Shown one piece after another: positions 35,023-44,348 of a stretch of DNA of 64,000 bases (positions are counted from its first letter, which is position 1; the number at the start of each line of letters is the position of its first letter). Where the stretch lies: contig NZ_OZ255709.1 of NCBI RefSeq assembly GCF_965276915.1, forward strand, positions 4,644,985 through 4,708,984, read 5' to 3'. The notes beneath the pieces were generated by a model that ran no database searches, was not told the DNA's origin, and worked only from the letters and a program-made list of their open reading frames with translations. The position numbers and the translations under genes were made by a program. Origin of the DNA: Stappia sp. (GTDB lineage Bacteria > Pseudomonadota > Alphaproteobacteria > Rhizobiales > Stappiaceae).

Positions 35023-36158
35023 ACCACCCGCTGCCCCTCGCGCCACACGGTGCGCACGATGGGGATGTGTTCCTCGACCCGCACGCGCACCAGGTCGGCG
35101 CGCTTGCCGATGGCGATCTCGCCGCGATCCTCGAGCCCGGCCGAAAGCGCCGGGGTCTTCGACACCATGGCGATCGCCTGCGGCAGTTCGATCTCTTCCA
35201 CCACCTCCCCCAGGAAGAAGGCGGACTGGATCAGGCTGAAGGGGATGTAGTCCGACGACAGGATGTCGAGCAGGCCGTGGCTGGCTAGGTCCCGGGCCGA
35301 AACATTGCCGGAATGGGACCCGCCGCGCACCACGTTGGGCGCACCCATCAGCACCGCCAGCCCCTGGTCCTTCGAGGCGCGGGCCGCCTCCAGCGTCGTC
35401 GGGAATTCGGCGACACGGATGCCAAGCTCGATCGCCTCGTCCACATGCGCATTGGTCGCATCGTCGTGGCTCGCCAGCACGATGCCGCGGGCCCGCGCCT
35501 TTTCGGCGACCACCTTGCGGTTGGCGTCCGACCACTCAGCCGACTGCGCCATGCGGCGCTCGCAGAATGCGTTGAACTCCGCGTCGGTCATCTTCATCTT
35601 GCCCTTGTAGTAGACCGCATAGGCCTCCAGGCTGGCGAACTGGCGCTGCCCGGGCGAATGGTCCATCAGGGAGGCGATACGCACGCGCGGATCATTGTCG
35701 AAGACCGCGAAACTCTCGAGGCAATTGGGCGCCGACACCTCGCAGCGCAGGTGAATGAAGTGATCGGCACGCAGCCGGTCCTTGGCAACGCCCGCCTCGA
35801 TGGCATCCGCCAGTCGCCGCATGTCCTCCGAGGTGATGTCCGTGTCCTCGTCGAGGCCGACGCGCAGCGCGTCGAAGACGGTGGTGATGCCGCTTGCCGC
35901 GATCTGCGCGTCATGGGCGCAGACGGCGGCAATCGGGTTCCAGCGCACCTTGGGGCGCGGCGCGTAGTGGTTTTCCAGATGGTCGGTGTGCAACTCGACC
36001 AGCCCGGGGATGACGAAGTCTCCGCCCATGTCCTCGGCGCCGGGAAGCGTCGAGGGCCCGCTGTCGATGCCGGCGATCCGGCCGTCCCTGACATGAAGCG
36101 ATCCCTCGATCACCTCCCCGTCCAGCACGATCCGGGCGTTTGTCAGCGTCATGTCCAT
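35019..36158 (-). CDS. phnM: Alpha-D-ribose 1-methylphosphonate 5-triphosphate diphosphatase (amidohydrolase superfamily)
   Basis: MDMTLTNARIVLDGEVIEGSLHVRDGRIAGI...VELHTDHLE...ILSSDY is PhnM-like. ATG 36152 (ATGA overlap with the upstream stop) is an alternative start. Confidence 0.9.
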   Translation of the reverse strand: MDMTLTNARIVLDGEVIEGSLHVRDGRIAGIDSGPSTLPGAEDMGGDFVIPGLVELHTDHLENHYAPRPKVRWNPIAAVCAHDAQIAASGITTVFDALRVGLDEDTDITSEDMRRLADAIEAGVAKDRLRADHFIHLRCEVSAPNCLESFAVFDNDPRVRIASLMDHSPGQRQFASLEAYAVYYKGKMKMTDAEFNAFCERRMAQSAEWSDANRKVVAEKARARGIVLASHDDATNAHVDEAIELGIRVAEFPTTLEAARASKDQGLAVLMGAPNVVRGGSHSGNVSARDLASHGLLDILSSDYIPFSLIQSAFFLGEVVEEIELPQAIAMVSKTPALSAGLEDRGEIAIGKRADLVRVRVEEHIPIVRTVWREGQRVV

Positions 36159-36895
36159 GTTTCGGTCTTTCCAGGCAGGTCGGCCATCTCGCGGCCGGGC
36201 TCGGCGGCGCCGGCAAGCGTCGCTTCGTGAAGGCATGTAAAGGGGACGCCGGGCGCGGTCTCGACATAGAGCGCCAGCCGGTCCATCGCCACAGGCTCGG
36301 CCAGCATATCGCCGAAATGCGCCACAAGCACCGGAAGGACCCGCGCGGCATCTTTCGCCCCGAGCCGCTCGGTGAGCGTCATATGAAAGCGGAATGCGTC
36401 GAAAATATAGGGATAGCCCCAGGCCTCCAGATTGGCGCGCAAGGGTGGGGTAAGCCGTTCCGGTTTCCGCCTGGCGAGGTCGGCCTCGCCGAGGGGTGCG
36501 CGGAACCGGTCGAAATGGCGCACCACCTCGCCCGCCAGATCAACAAGCGCGTCGGCGGGGGCCGCCGGCGTCAAAGCCAGGAACCCGTCCAGGCTGGCTA
36601 CGGCCAGCGGCAGCGCCGGCAGCGGCGACCGCTTGGCGCAATAGGCATCGAGCGCAGCCACCAGGGAGCTCTCGTCCTCCCCCTCGCGCAGCCGGAACGG
36701 CGCCTTCAGCGTGCCGTGAAAGCCATAGCGCGCCGGCGAGGCGACCAGCGACGCGCGCTCCTCCGCCTTGATGCCGCCGATGTCCCGCGGTCCCGCATCG
36801 CGGCCGAAGACGCTGCGGCCAAGCCAGGCCTCGGCGGCGGCAACCAGCGGATGGCCGGCGGGCGGGGTGAAGTAGATGGCGTAGCGCATGGTCAT
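36149..36895 (-). CDS. DUF1045 phosphonate-operon protein with two H-x-T motifs (2H-phosphoesterase-like)
   Basis: MTMRYAIYFTP... Motifs YGFHGTLKAPF and FRFHMTLTERL. Located between phnE and phnM. Confidence 0.75.
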   Translation of the reverse strand: MTMRYAIYFTPPAGHPLVAAAEAWLGRSVFGRDAGPRDIGGIKAEERASLVASPARYGFHGTLKAPFRLREGEDESSLVAALDAYCAKRSPLPALPLAVASLDGFLALTPAAPADALVDLAGEVVRHFDRFRAPLGEADLARRKPERLTPPLRANLEAWGYPYIFDAFRFHMTLTERLGAKDAARVLPVLVAHFGDMLAEPVAMDRLALYVETAPGVPFTCLHEATLAGAAEPGREMADLPGKTETWT

Positions 36896-37033
36896 GCTTT
36901 CAGCAACGTCGCGGCCCCCGGCGCGATCGGCGGAGGTTTGCCGGTGAGGTCGGGACGGGGCGTCACCCGGCCATACCGGTGATCGCCTTCCGTCAGAACG
37001 GCATGGAGGAGCGAGGGAGACTCGCCCCCCAAT

Positions 37034-38374
37034 CTAAGTCCTTGCCGTGCGGCCGATCAACAGTCCTCGCAGCCAACCCGACAGGGAATCCATCGCCATC
37101 ACCATCAGCACGATCAGGATGATGTAATAGCTGACTTCTTCCCAGTCCTTCTGGGTGATGATCGCCTGGGTGAGCAGCAGGCCGATGCCGCCGCCGACGA
37201 TGGCGCCGATCACCGTGGCGCTGCGGGTGTTCGATTCCAGATAGTAGAGCACCTGGCTGAGCAGCACCGGCGTGATCTGCGGCATCACGCCGAAGCGCGC
37301 CTGCTGGATCGGCGAGGCGCCGGTCGACTGCACGCCCTCGATCTGCTTGCTGTCGACGTTTTCCAGCGCCTCGGAGAACATCTTGCCGAAGGAGCCAGTA
37401 TCCGTCATCAGGATCGCCAGAGAGCCGGTGAGCGGCCCCGGCCCGAACGCTCGGCTGAGAATGATCGTCCAGATCAGCCCGTCGACGCCCCGCACGAAAT
37501 CGAAGAACCGCCGCAACGCGAAGCGCAGGGGTCGGGCCGGAGTGAAATTCGATGCGGCAAGGAAGGCCAGCGGCAAAGCGACCATCGCCGCCCCCATGGT
37601 GCCGAGAAACGCCATCAGAACCGTCTCGAACAGCGCCCACGCGACGTCGCCGTGACGCCACATCTGGTTGTTCCAGAAATCCGACACCATGCCGACGATG
37701 TTCGGGCGCGAGGGGTCGAGGCGCTGACCCGATACCGCCAGGTGGACGAGTTCGGAAAAGGACTTGCCGCTGAAAGGGCTGTCGAGGGTGAAGAAGAACA
37801 GCTCCCAGCCGGCTTCGTAGCGGAAGGTCTCGGTGCGGCTGGCGGTCATCGAGAACCGCCCTTCCGGGGTCGTCACGGTCACTCGGGCAGGCGAGGCGTT
37901 GATCCAGTCGGGGACGGTTTCCGACGGCAACTCGAGCCGGATCCGGCGCCCGTCGGGCTCGACACGGATCGTTCCGTAGTCCGGCACGGTGAAGCTGGCA
38001 CCATCCCCCTCGTAGGCCACCTTGTAGCCCTTGCCGAGATCGATGCGCGTGACGCCGTCCTGCATCGCCACCCACTCCGGCAGCCGGCCGGGCGGATAGG
38101 TGCCCTTGTTCTCGCCCTCGATGGCGACCGACACGGTGCCGGTCCTATTGTCGCGGGTCACATGCGTCTTGTAGGTCCAGAAGTCGGACAACAGGATACC
38201 GACATTGTCGGTGCGTGCCTTGGCGGCAATACCGGGAATGTCAAAGGCGAAGAAGACATAGACGAGATAGAGCAGGATGACCGCGGGAACCGCGAGCGCC
38301 AAGCGTCGCCGGCGGGCGAAGGAGGCGACGGCAGTCTCCCCGAGAGTGGCAGCGGATGTCTGCATGGCAGCCAT
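37034..38374 (-). CDS. phnE: Phosphonate ABC transporter permease, long form with ~190-aa extracytoplasmic insert
   Basis: Start ATG 38374, 3 nt after the upstream stop. The C-terminal half carries the PhnE core (GPGPLTGSLAILMTDTGSFGKMFSEALENVD). The N-terminal TM segment is followed by a long hydrophilic segment. Confidence 0.85.
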   Translation of the reverse strand: MAAMQTSAATLGETAVASFARRRRLALAVPAVILLYLVYVFFAFDIPGIAAKARTDNVGILLSDFWTYKTHVTRDNRTGTVSVAIEGENKGTYPPGRLPEWVAMQDGVTRIDLGKGYKVAYEGDGASFTVPDYGTIRVEPDGRRIRLELPSETVPDWINASPARVTVTTPEGRFSMTASRTETFRYEAGWELFFFTLDSPFSGKSFSELVHLAVSGQRLDPSRPNIVGMVSDFWNNQMWRHGDVAWALFETVLMAFLGTMGAAMVALPLAFLAASNFTPARPLRFALRRFFDFVRGVDGLIWTIILSRAFGPGPLTGSLAILMTDTGSFGKMFSEALENVDSKQIEGVQSTGASPIQQARFGVMPQITPVLLSQVLYYLESNTRSATVIGAIVGGGIGLLLTQAIITQKDWEEVSYYIILIVLMVMAMDSLSGWLRGLLIGRTART

Positions 38375-38376
38375 TG

Positions 38377-39234
38377 TCAGTGCCCCTTTACCAGGCGATG
38401 GCGGTAGTAACTCGACACCTGGTCGATGGCGACGATGGTCGCAAAGAGCAGGATGAAGATGGCGACCACCTGATCGTACCGCCCCTGCCCCCACTGCATG
38501 GCCGTCTTCAGGTCGTAGCCGATGCCGCCGGAGCCGACGAAGCCGAGGATCGCGGAAGCGCGCACGTTGATCTCGAAGCGCAGAAGCGCGTAGGAGAACC
38601 AGTTCGGCATCACCTGCGGCAGAACGCCAAGCCACATGGACTGCGACCAGCTGGCACCCGCCGAAGCAAGCCCCTCCACCGGTTTCAGGTCCGCGTTTTC
38701 GCTGACTTCGGAAAACAGCTTCCCGAGCGCCCCGGTCGTATGCAGCGCGATGGCGATCATCGCCGGCACCGGTCCGCCGCCGAGAATGAAGATCAGCACC
38801 AGAGCAACCACGATTTCCGGGATCGCCCGCATCGCATCCATAAGACGTCGAAACAGCGGGATCGCACGGGGAAAGCGGGCCAGTCCGCGCGTCGACAGCA
38901 GCGACAGGAACGTCGCGCCGATCGCCCCGACCAGGGTTGCCACGGCGGCGATATTGACGGTCTCGATCAGGGACGGGAAGAACTTGACCATCAGGCCCGG
39001 CAGGTTCGCTGCCTTGGCGACGGCCTCCGACACCACCTCGGAGGGAAAGTCGAAGAACTGGTGCAGACCGTCCCAGAAGCCGCCCGCGTTACGGGAATCG
39101 GCCAGTTGGAAACCGGAGATCATCAGCAACGCGAAGATGAGCAGCAGGATGCCGCTATACATCTGCCGGCGGCGGGCATGCAGCAGGTAGCCGGAGCGGA
39201 TGTCGCCCGGCAACGCGGAGGCAGTTTCGGTCAT
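38377..39234 (-). CDS. phnE: Phosphonate ABC transporter permease
   Basis: Start ATG 39234 (MTETASALPGD...). PhnE core GGGPVPAMIAIALHTTGALGKLFSEVSENAD. Confidence 0.9.
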   Translation of the reverse strand: MTETASALPGDIRSGYLLHARRRQMYSGILLLIFALLMISGFQLADSRNAGGFWDGLHQFFDFPSEVVSEAVAKAANLPGLMVKFFPSLIETVNIAAVATLVGAIGATFLSLLSTRGLARFPRAIPLFRRLMDAMRAIPEIVVALVLIFILGGGPVPAMIAIALHTTGALGKLFSEVSENADLKPVEGLASAGASWSQSMWLGVLPQVMPNWFSYALLRFEINVRASAILGFVGSGGIGYDLKTAMQWGQGRYDQVVAIFILLFATIVAIDQVSSYYRHRLVKGH

Positions 39235-39301
39235 TGTCCGGTCCCGAATAGGCGCGGGCGGGGCATAGACGCCCCGCCCGGCCGAACTGAAGGTTTCTGG
39301 A

Positions 39302-40207
39302 TCAGTTCGACTTCGCCTTGCGCACGGCGATGATCGTCTCGTAGGCGTCATGCGAGATCGGAGCGAAGCCGGCCGTCTCGCCGGCGGCCATGTTGTAGGC
39401 GCATTCCGGGTCGTTGCCATGCAGTTCGTTGATGAGCTTGGTGACCTTGGCCTTGACGTCGTCCGGCAGCGAGCGACGCAGGACGATCGGACCTTCCGGG
39501 ATCGGCTTGGACTTCCAGATCTCGACGAGATCGTTCATGTCGACGAGGCCGGCATCGACGGCCTTGCGCAGCGCGCCGGAGTTGTAGCCGTCAACCCACT
39601 CGCCCTGGCCGTCGGCCCAGGTGACACCGCCGTCCACGTCGCCATTCTTCACCGCGACGATGGTCTGCTCGTGGCCGCCGGTGAAGACGACCTCGCCGAA
39701 ATAGTCGCCGCTCTCCATCGTCGCGCCGGTGGCCTGCGGGATCTCGATCGACGGGATCAGGTAACCGGAGGTCGAGTTCGGATCGCCGAAGCCGAACTTC
39801 TTGCCCTTCAGGCCCTCAAGCGAGGCAATGCCGCTGTCCTTGCGGGCAAAACCGATCGAGTGATAGGAGAACGAACCGTCAAGGTTGGTCTTGACCAGCA
39901 CGACGTCGACCGCTTCCGGGTCGGTCAGGTAGGTCTTGGCATAGGCGGACGCGCCGAGCCAGGCCATGTCGATCGAACCGCCGAGCAGGCCCTGGATGAC
40001 GCCGTCATAGTCGGCCGGGGTGAAGATCTTGGTCTCGACGCCGAGCAGGTCCTGCACGTAGGCACGAACGCATTCGTTCGACGCCAGACGGTCCTGGGCG
40101 TTCTCGCCGCCAAGCACGCCGATGCGGAATTCGGTGATCTCCTGCGCGGAAGCGCCGAAGGACAGGGTGGCGACCGCGGTGGCGGCCAGGAGGAGCTTCT
40201 TGAGCAT
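39302..40207 (-). CDS. phnD: Phosphonate ABC transporter substrate-binding protein
   Basis: Signal peptide MLKKLLLAATAVATLSFGASA, and FRIGVLGGENAQDRL...YDGVIQGLLGGSIDMAWLG, typical PhnD. Confidence 0.9.
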   Translation of the reverse strand: MLKKLLLAATAVATLSFGASAQEITEFRIGVLGGENAQDRLASNECVRAYVQDLLGVETKIFTPADYDGVIQGLLGGSIDMAWLGASAYAKTYLTDPEAVDVVLVKTNLDGSFSYHSIGFARKDSGIASLEGLKGKKFGFGDPNSTSGYLIPSIEIPQATGATMESGDYFGEVVFTGGHEQTIVAVKNGDVDGGVTWADGQGEWVDGYNSGALRKAVDAGLVDMNDLVEIWKSKPIPEGPIVLRRSLPDDVKAKVTKLINELHGNDPECAYNMAAGETAGFAPISHDAYETIIAVRKAKSN

Positions 40208-40280
40208 TCGACGTCTCCTGAGAGGTCTTTTCGGTTGATTTCGATTGTCCGCCGGCGCATCGCGCCGGGGATCCTTCGGC

Positions 40281-41132
40281 TCATGCGGTGGCGGTGGCCG
40301 CCCTCAGCATTGCCGGGGATGGTTCGAACGCCGGAGCCGGAACCGGCCGCGTCTCGATGCTTGTCGAGGTCATCGCCTCGGAAATCTCGTTTCCTTCGGC
40401 ATCGGTGCCGTAGATCGCCATGACCGCGTCGCGCGTCAGTTCGTCCGGAGAACCATCGAAGACAACCCGGCCGCCGGCCATGCCGATGATGCGCTCGCAG
40501 TAGCTGCGCGCCGTGTCGAGCGTGTGCAGGTTGGTGATGACCGTGATGCCCTCGCGCTCGTTGATGTCCTTGAGCGCATCCATCACGATCTTGGCGTTGA
40601 GCGGATCGAGCGAGGCGATCGGCTCATCGGCGAGCACCACCTTGGGCGATTGCATCAAGGCCCGGGCGATGGCGACGCGCTGTTGCTGGCCGCCGGACAG
40701 GGCCTCGGCGCGCTTCTGCGCATGTTCCGCGACACCGAGGCGATCGAGGATGTCGATGGCGCGAAGGATGTCCGCCTTCGGGAACAGATTGAAGACAGCG
40801 GCAAGTGTCGAACAGCCGTTGAGCGTGCCGTGCAGGACGTTGGAGACCACGTCGAGGCGCGGCACCAGGTTGAACTGCTGGAAGATCATCGCGCAATCGC
40901 GACGCCATGCCCTCAGCGCGTTGCCGTTCAGGGTCGAGACTTCCGTGTCGCGGAAGGCGATCCGCCCGCCATTGGGATCAACCAGCCGGTTGATCATTCG
41001 CAGCAGCGTCGACTTGCCCGCCCCCGAACGGCCGATGATACCGACCATCTGTCCATCGGGAATATCCAGTGTCACCGCGTCCACGGCCGTAACAGCCCCA
41101 AACTTCCGTGTCACGCCTTCGAGCTTGAACAT
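40281..41132 (-). CDS. phnC: Phosphonate ABC transporter ATP-binding protein
   Basis: Walker [13 protein letters not shown], signature [15 protein letters not shown], Walker [12 protein letters not shown]. Confidence 0.9.
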   Translation of the reverse strand: MFKLEGVTRKFGAVTAVDAVTLDIPDGQMVGIIGRSGAGKSTLLRMINRLVDPNGGRIAFRDTEVSTLNGNALRAWRRDCAMIFQQFNLVPRLDVVSNVLHGTLNGCSTLAAVFNLFPKADILRAIDILDRLGVAEHAQKRAEALSGGQQQRVAIARALMQSPKVVLADEPIASLDPLNAKIVMDALKDINEREGITVITNLHTLDTARSYCERIIGMAGGRVVFDGSPDELTRDAVMAIYGTDAEGNEISEAMTSTSIETRPVPAPAFEPSPAMLRAATATA

Positions 41133-41176
41133 CCGCGCCTCAATGCTTGTGATTGAAGCTTGCGTACCTGTTATTG

Positions 41177-41205
41177 ATGACAGGGAATCTTCGGTTTCAT
41201 GACAG
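41177..41205 (-). promoter_or_regulatory. Candidate Pho box upstream of phnC
   Basis: Two perfect CTGTCAT heptamers on the minus strand (41205->41199 and 41183->41177), 22 nt start-to-start, ending 45 nt upstream of the phnC ATG, in a locally AT-rich gap. Confidence 0.5.
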
Positions 41206-41254
41206 TTTGCTGACGCTCCCGGGCAACTTCGTTTTCATTGCTCGGCTAATATCT

Positions 41255-41881
41255 TCAATTGCCGGGTTCATGACGCGCCAGAAAGGCTTCCGCATCGAGC
41301 TCGCGGAAATCGTCAAGGGCGGATCGCAGCCGTTCGTGGCTCCAGTCCCACCAGGCAAGCGCCCGCATCCGCTCGGCGATCTCCTTCGGAAATCGCTCGC
41401 GAATGAGCTTTGCCGGCACACCGCCGACGATGGTGTAGGGCGCGACATCGCGCGACACCACGGCTCCCGACCCGATCACCGCGCCGTCGCCGACGGTGAC
41501 GCCGGGCAGGATGGTGGCGCCATGGCCGATCCACACGTCATGGCCGACCGTCACCTTGCCCTCGCGCCGCCAGTCGAAGAAGGCGGCTTCCCGTTCGGCA
41601 TCGTCCCAGTAGTCATTGGCCCGATAGGTGAAATGATGCAGCGTCGCCCGCCAGGTCGGATGATTGGTGGCGTTGATGCGCACCGAGGCGGCGATATTGG
41701 CGAACTTGCCGATCTCGGCGCACCAGATCATGCCGTCGCGCATGATGTAGGAATAGTCGCCGAAGCGGGTCTCGCTCATGGAGACCCGCTCGTCCACTTC
41801 GGTGTAGCGGCCGAACTCGCAGTTCTCGATCTCGGCGCTCGGGTGGATCAGCGGCGTCGGTGAAAGTCTGGTCGTCGTCAT
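41255..41881 (-). CDS. Hexapeptide-repeat acetyltransferase of the phosphonate-operon-associated family
   Basis: Left-handed beta-helix repeats (VGHDVWIGHGATILPGVTVGDGAVIGSGAVVSRDV), CAT/streptogramin-acetyltransferase-like. Embedded between phnL and phnC. Confidence 0.8.
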   Translation of the reverse strand: MTTTRLSPTPLIHPSAEIENCEFGRYTEVDERVSMSETRFGDYSYIMRDGMIWCAEIGKFANIAASVRINATNHPTWRATLHHFTYRANDYWDDAEREAAFFDWRREGKVTVGHDVWIGHGATILPGVTVGDGAVIGSGAVVSRDVAPYTIVGGVPAKLIRERFPKEIAERMRALAWWDWSHERLRSALDDFRELDAEAFLARHEPGN

Positions 41882-41890
41882 GGAGGGTCC

Positions 41891-42637
41891 TCAGGCCGCG
41901 CGGGCAGGCGAAAAGGCGCGCACGTCGATGATCCGGTCGGCCACCGCCTCGCGCACTTCCTCGTCGTGGAAGATGCCGATCTGGGCCACACCCGCCGCCT
42001 TCTTCGCGGCGATCATGCCGATGACAATGCGCCGGTTGGCGGCATCCAGCGAAGCCGTCGGCTCGTCGAGAAGCAGCACCGGATGGTCGGTGATGAACCC
42101 CCGGGCGATGTTGACCCGCTGCTGCTCGCCGCCGGAGAAGGTCGCCGGCGGCAGCACCCAGAGCCGCTCGGGCACGTTGAGCCGGGCAAGCATCTCGCCG
42201 GCCTTCGCCCGCGCCGCCTCGGCATCGGTTCCGCGCGCGACCAGCGGCTCGGCCACCACGTCGAGCGCGCCGACACGCGGAACGGTGCGCAGGAACTGGC
42301 TGACATAACCGATCGTGTCGCGGCGCAGCGCGATCACCTGGCGTGCGTCGGCGGTCGCGAGATCGATCTCGCTGTCGCCGTGACGCACGACAATGTGCCC
42401 GCCGCTGACCGCGTAATTGCCGTAGAGCATCTTCATGATCGAGCTCTTGCCGGCCCCCGACGGCCCCCCGAGCACGACGCATTCGCCGGCCCGGACCTCG
42501 AAGGCGGCGTTCTCCACCACCGGCAGCTCGATGCCGCCCTGAAGGTGCATGCGGAAGGACTTGGAAAGATCGCCCGCGCGGATCATGACGCGCCCGGCGT
42601 GCTCCCCGGTGTCTTCATTTCGGTCGGTCATCATCAC
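41891..42637 (-). CDS. phnL: C-P lyase system ATP-binding component
   Basis: Walker A GPSGAGKSS, signature FSGGEQQRVNIARG, Walker B LLLDEPTASLD. The start overlaps the phnK stop. Confidence 0.9.
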   Translation of the reverse strand: MMMTDRNEDTGEHAGRVMIRAGDLSKSFRMHLQGGIELPVVENAAFEVRAGECVVLGGPSGAGKSSIMKMLYGNYAVSGGHIVVRHGDSEIDLATADARQVIALRRDTIGYVSQFLRTVPRVGALDVVAEPLVARGTDAEAARAKAGEMLARLNVPERLWVLPPATFSGGEQQRVNIARGFITDHPVLLLDEPTASLDAANRRIVIGMIAAKKAAGVAQIGIFHDEEVREAVADRIIDVRAFSPARAA

Positions 42638-43422
42638 ACCTGCAGGATCGAGGAAACGAGAAGCTGGGTGTAGGGCGCCTGCGGATCGTCGAGCACCCGG
42701 TCGGTGAGACCGGCCTCGACCACCTGCCCGTCCTTCATCACCAGCATGCGGTGCGACAGAAGCCGCGCCACGGCAAGGTCATGCGTGACGACGATGGCCG
42801 CCAACCCGAGATCGGAGACGAGCCCGCGCAGAAGGTCGAGGAGCCGCGCCTGCACCGAGACATCGAGACCGCCGGTCGGCTCGTCCATGAAGACGAGGCG
42901 CGGGCCGGTGACCAGGTTGCGGGCGATCTGCAGCCGCTGCCGCATGCCGCCGGAAAAGGAACGCGGCTGGTCGTCGATGCGGTCCTCGGCGATCTCCACC
43001 CGCTCCAGCCAGCCGGTCGCCGTCCCGCGGATGCGGCCGTAATGGCGCTCGCCGACCGCCATCAGCCGCTCGCCGACATTGGCGCCGGCCGAGACCGTCA
43101 TCCGCAACCCGTCGGCCGGATTCTGGTGGACGAAGCCCCAGTCGGTGCGCATCAGCAGCCGTCGCTCGGCCTCGGACAGCGCGTAGAGGTCGCGTGTCTC
43201 GCCGTCGCGCATCCGGTAGCGGACGGAGCCGGTGCTCGGCGCCAGCCGCGTCGAGATGCAGTTGAGCAGCGTCGTCTTGCCCGAACCGCTCTCGCCGACA
43301 ATCGCCAGCACCTCGCCCGGCCACACGTCGAAGGAGACGTCGCGGCAACCGATGCGCGCGCCATAAGCCTTGGTCAGGCCGGCGACCGACAGCAGCGGCC
43401 GCTCGTCCAGGTTCATGGTCAT
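42634..43422 (-). CDS. phnK: C-P lyase system ATP-binding component
   Basis: Start ATG 43422 (MTMNLDERPLL), ATGA overlap with the phnJ stop. Walker A GESGSGKTT, signature FSGGMRQRLQIARN. Confidence 0.9.
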   Translation of the reverse strand: MTMNLDERPLLSVAGLTKAYGARIGCRDVSFDVWPGEVLAIVGESGSGKTTLLNCISTRLAPSTGSVRYRMRDGETRDLYALSEAERRLLMRTDWGFVHQNPADGLRMTVSAGANVGERLMAVGERHYGRIRGTATGWLERVEIAEDRIDDQPRSFSGGMRQRLQIARNLVTGPRLVFMDEPTGGLDVSVQARLLDLLRGLVSDLGLAAIVVTHDLAVARLLSHRMLVMKDGQVVEAGLTDRVLDDPQAPYTQLLVSSILQV

Positions 43423-44348
43423 CGTACCGTCTCCCGGATTGCATCTTCGCGGCCCGTATAGGCCTCTTCCGCCGACAGGCGGCCGCGATGGCCGGCAGCG
43501 CGCCGCTCCTCGCAATGGTCTGTATCGGAGCAGACGAACATCCGCCCGCCCCTGTCGTCGAGGATCACCTCGTCGAGATAGACGCCCTCCGCCGCGCACA
43601 GCGCGCAGGGCTCGTCGAAATGCTGGATCTCGAAGGGGTGGTCCTCGAAATCGAGGCTGACCACCTTCGTGTGCGGCGGGATCGCATAAATGCGCTTCTC
43701 GCGGCCGGCGCCGAAAAGCTGCAGCGCCTCGCTCATGTCCATCTTCGGGTTGTCGAATTTCGGCGTCGGCGAGGGGTCCATCACATAGCGCCCGGCGACC
43801 AGCACCGGATAGGCATAGGTGGTGGCGATATGGCCGTGCCGGGCGATGTCCTCGTAGAGCTTCACATGCATCAGGCCGTATTCCTCGAGCGCGTGCATCT
43901 TGCGCGTCTCGGTCTCGCGCGGCTCCAGGAAGCGCAGCGGCTCGGGGATCGGCACCTGATAGACCAGCACCTGACCGGCGGAGAGTTTCTCCTCCGGGAT
44001 GCGGTGGCGGGTCTGGATGATCGACGCCTCGCGCGTCCTCGTCGTCACCGCCACATTGGCGACCTTCTGGAAGAAGGCGCGGATCGACACGGCGTTGGTG
44101 GTGTCGTCGGCACCCTGGTCGATCACCTTCAGCGTGTCGTCGGGGCCGATGATCGAGGCCGTCACCTGCACGCCCCCGGTGCCCCAGCCATAGGGCATCG
44201 GCATCTCGCGGCTGGCGAAGGGCACCTGGTAGCCCGGGATGGCGATCGCCTTGAGGATCGCCCGGCGGATCATCCGCTTCGTCTGTTCGTCCAGGTAGGC
44301 GAAATTGTAGCTGGCCAGATCCTGGCTCATTCCCGCGCTCGCACTCAT
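43419..44348 (-). CDS. phnJ: Alpha-D-ribose 1-methylphosphonate 5-phosphate C-P lyase (radical SAM)
   Basis: YNFAYLDEQTKRMIRRAILKAIAIPGYQVPFASREMPMPYGWGTGG, and the C-terminal Cys cluster CALCAAEG...VCSDTDHC. ATGA overlap with the phnI stop. Confidence 0.95.
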   Translation of the reverse strand: MSASAGMSQDLASYNFAYLDEQTKRMIRRAILKAIAIPGYQVPFASREMPMPYGWGTGGVQVTASIIGPDDTLKVIDQGADDTTNAVSIRAFFQKVANVAVTTRTREASIIQTRHRIPEEKLSAGQVLVYQVPIPEPLRFLEPRETETRKMHALEEYGLMHVKLYEDIARHGHIATTYAYPVLVAGRYVMDPSPTPKFDNPKMDMSEALQLFGAGREKRIYAIPPHTKVVSLDFEDHPFEIQHFDEPCALCAAEGVYLDEVILDDRGGRMFVCSDTDHCEERRAAGHRGRLSAEEAYTGREDAIRETVR

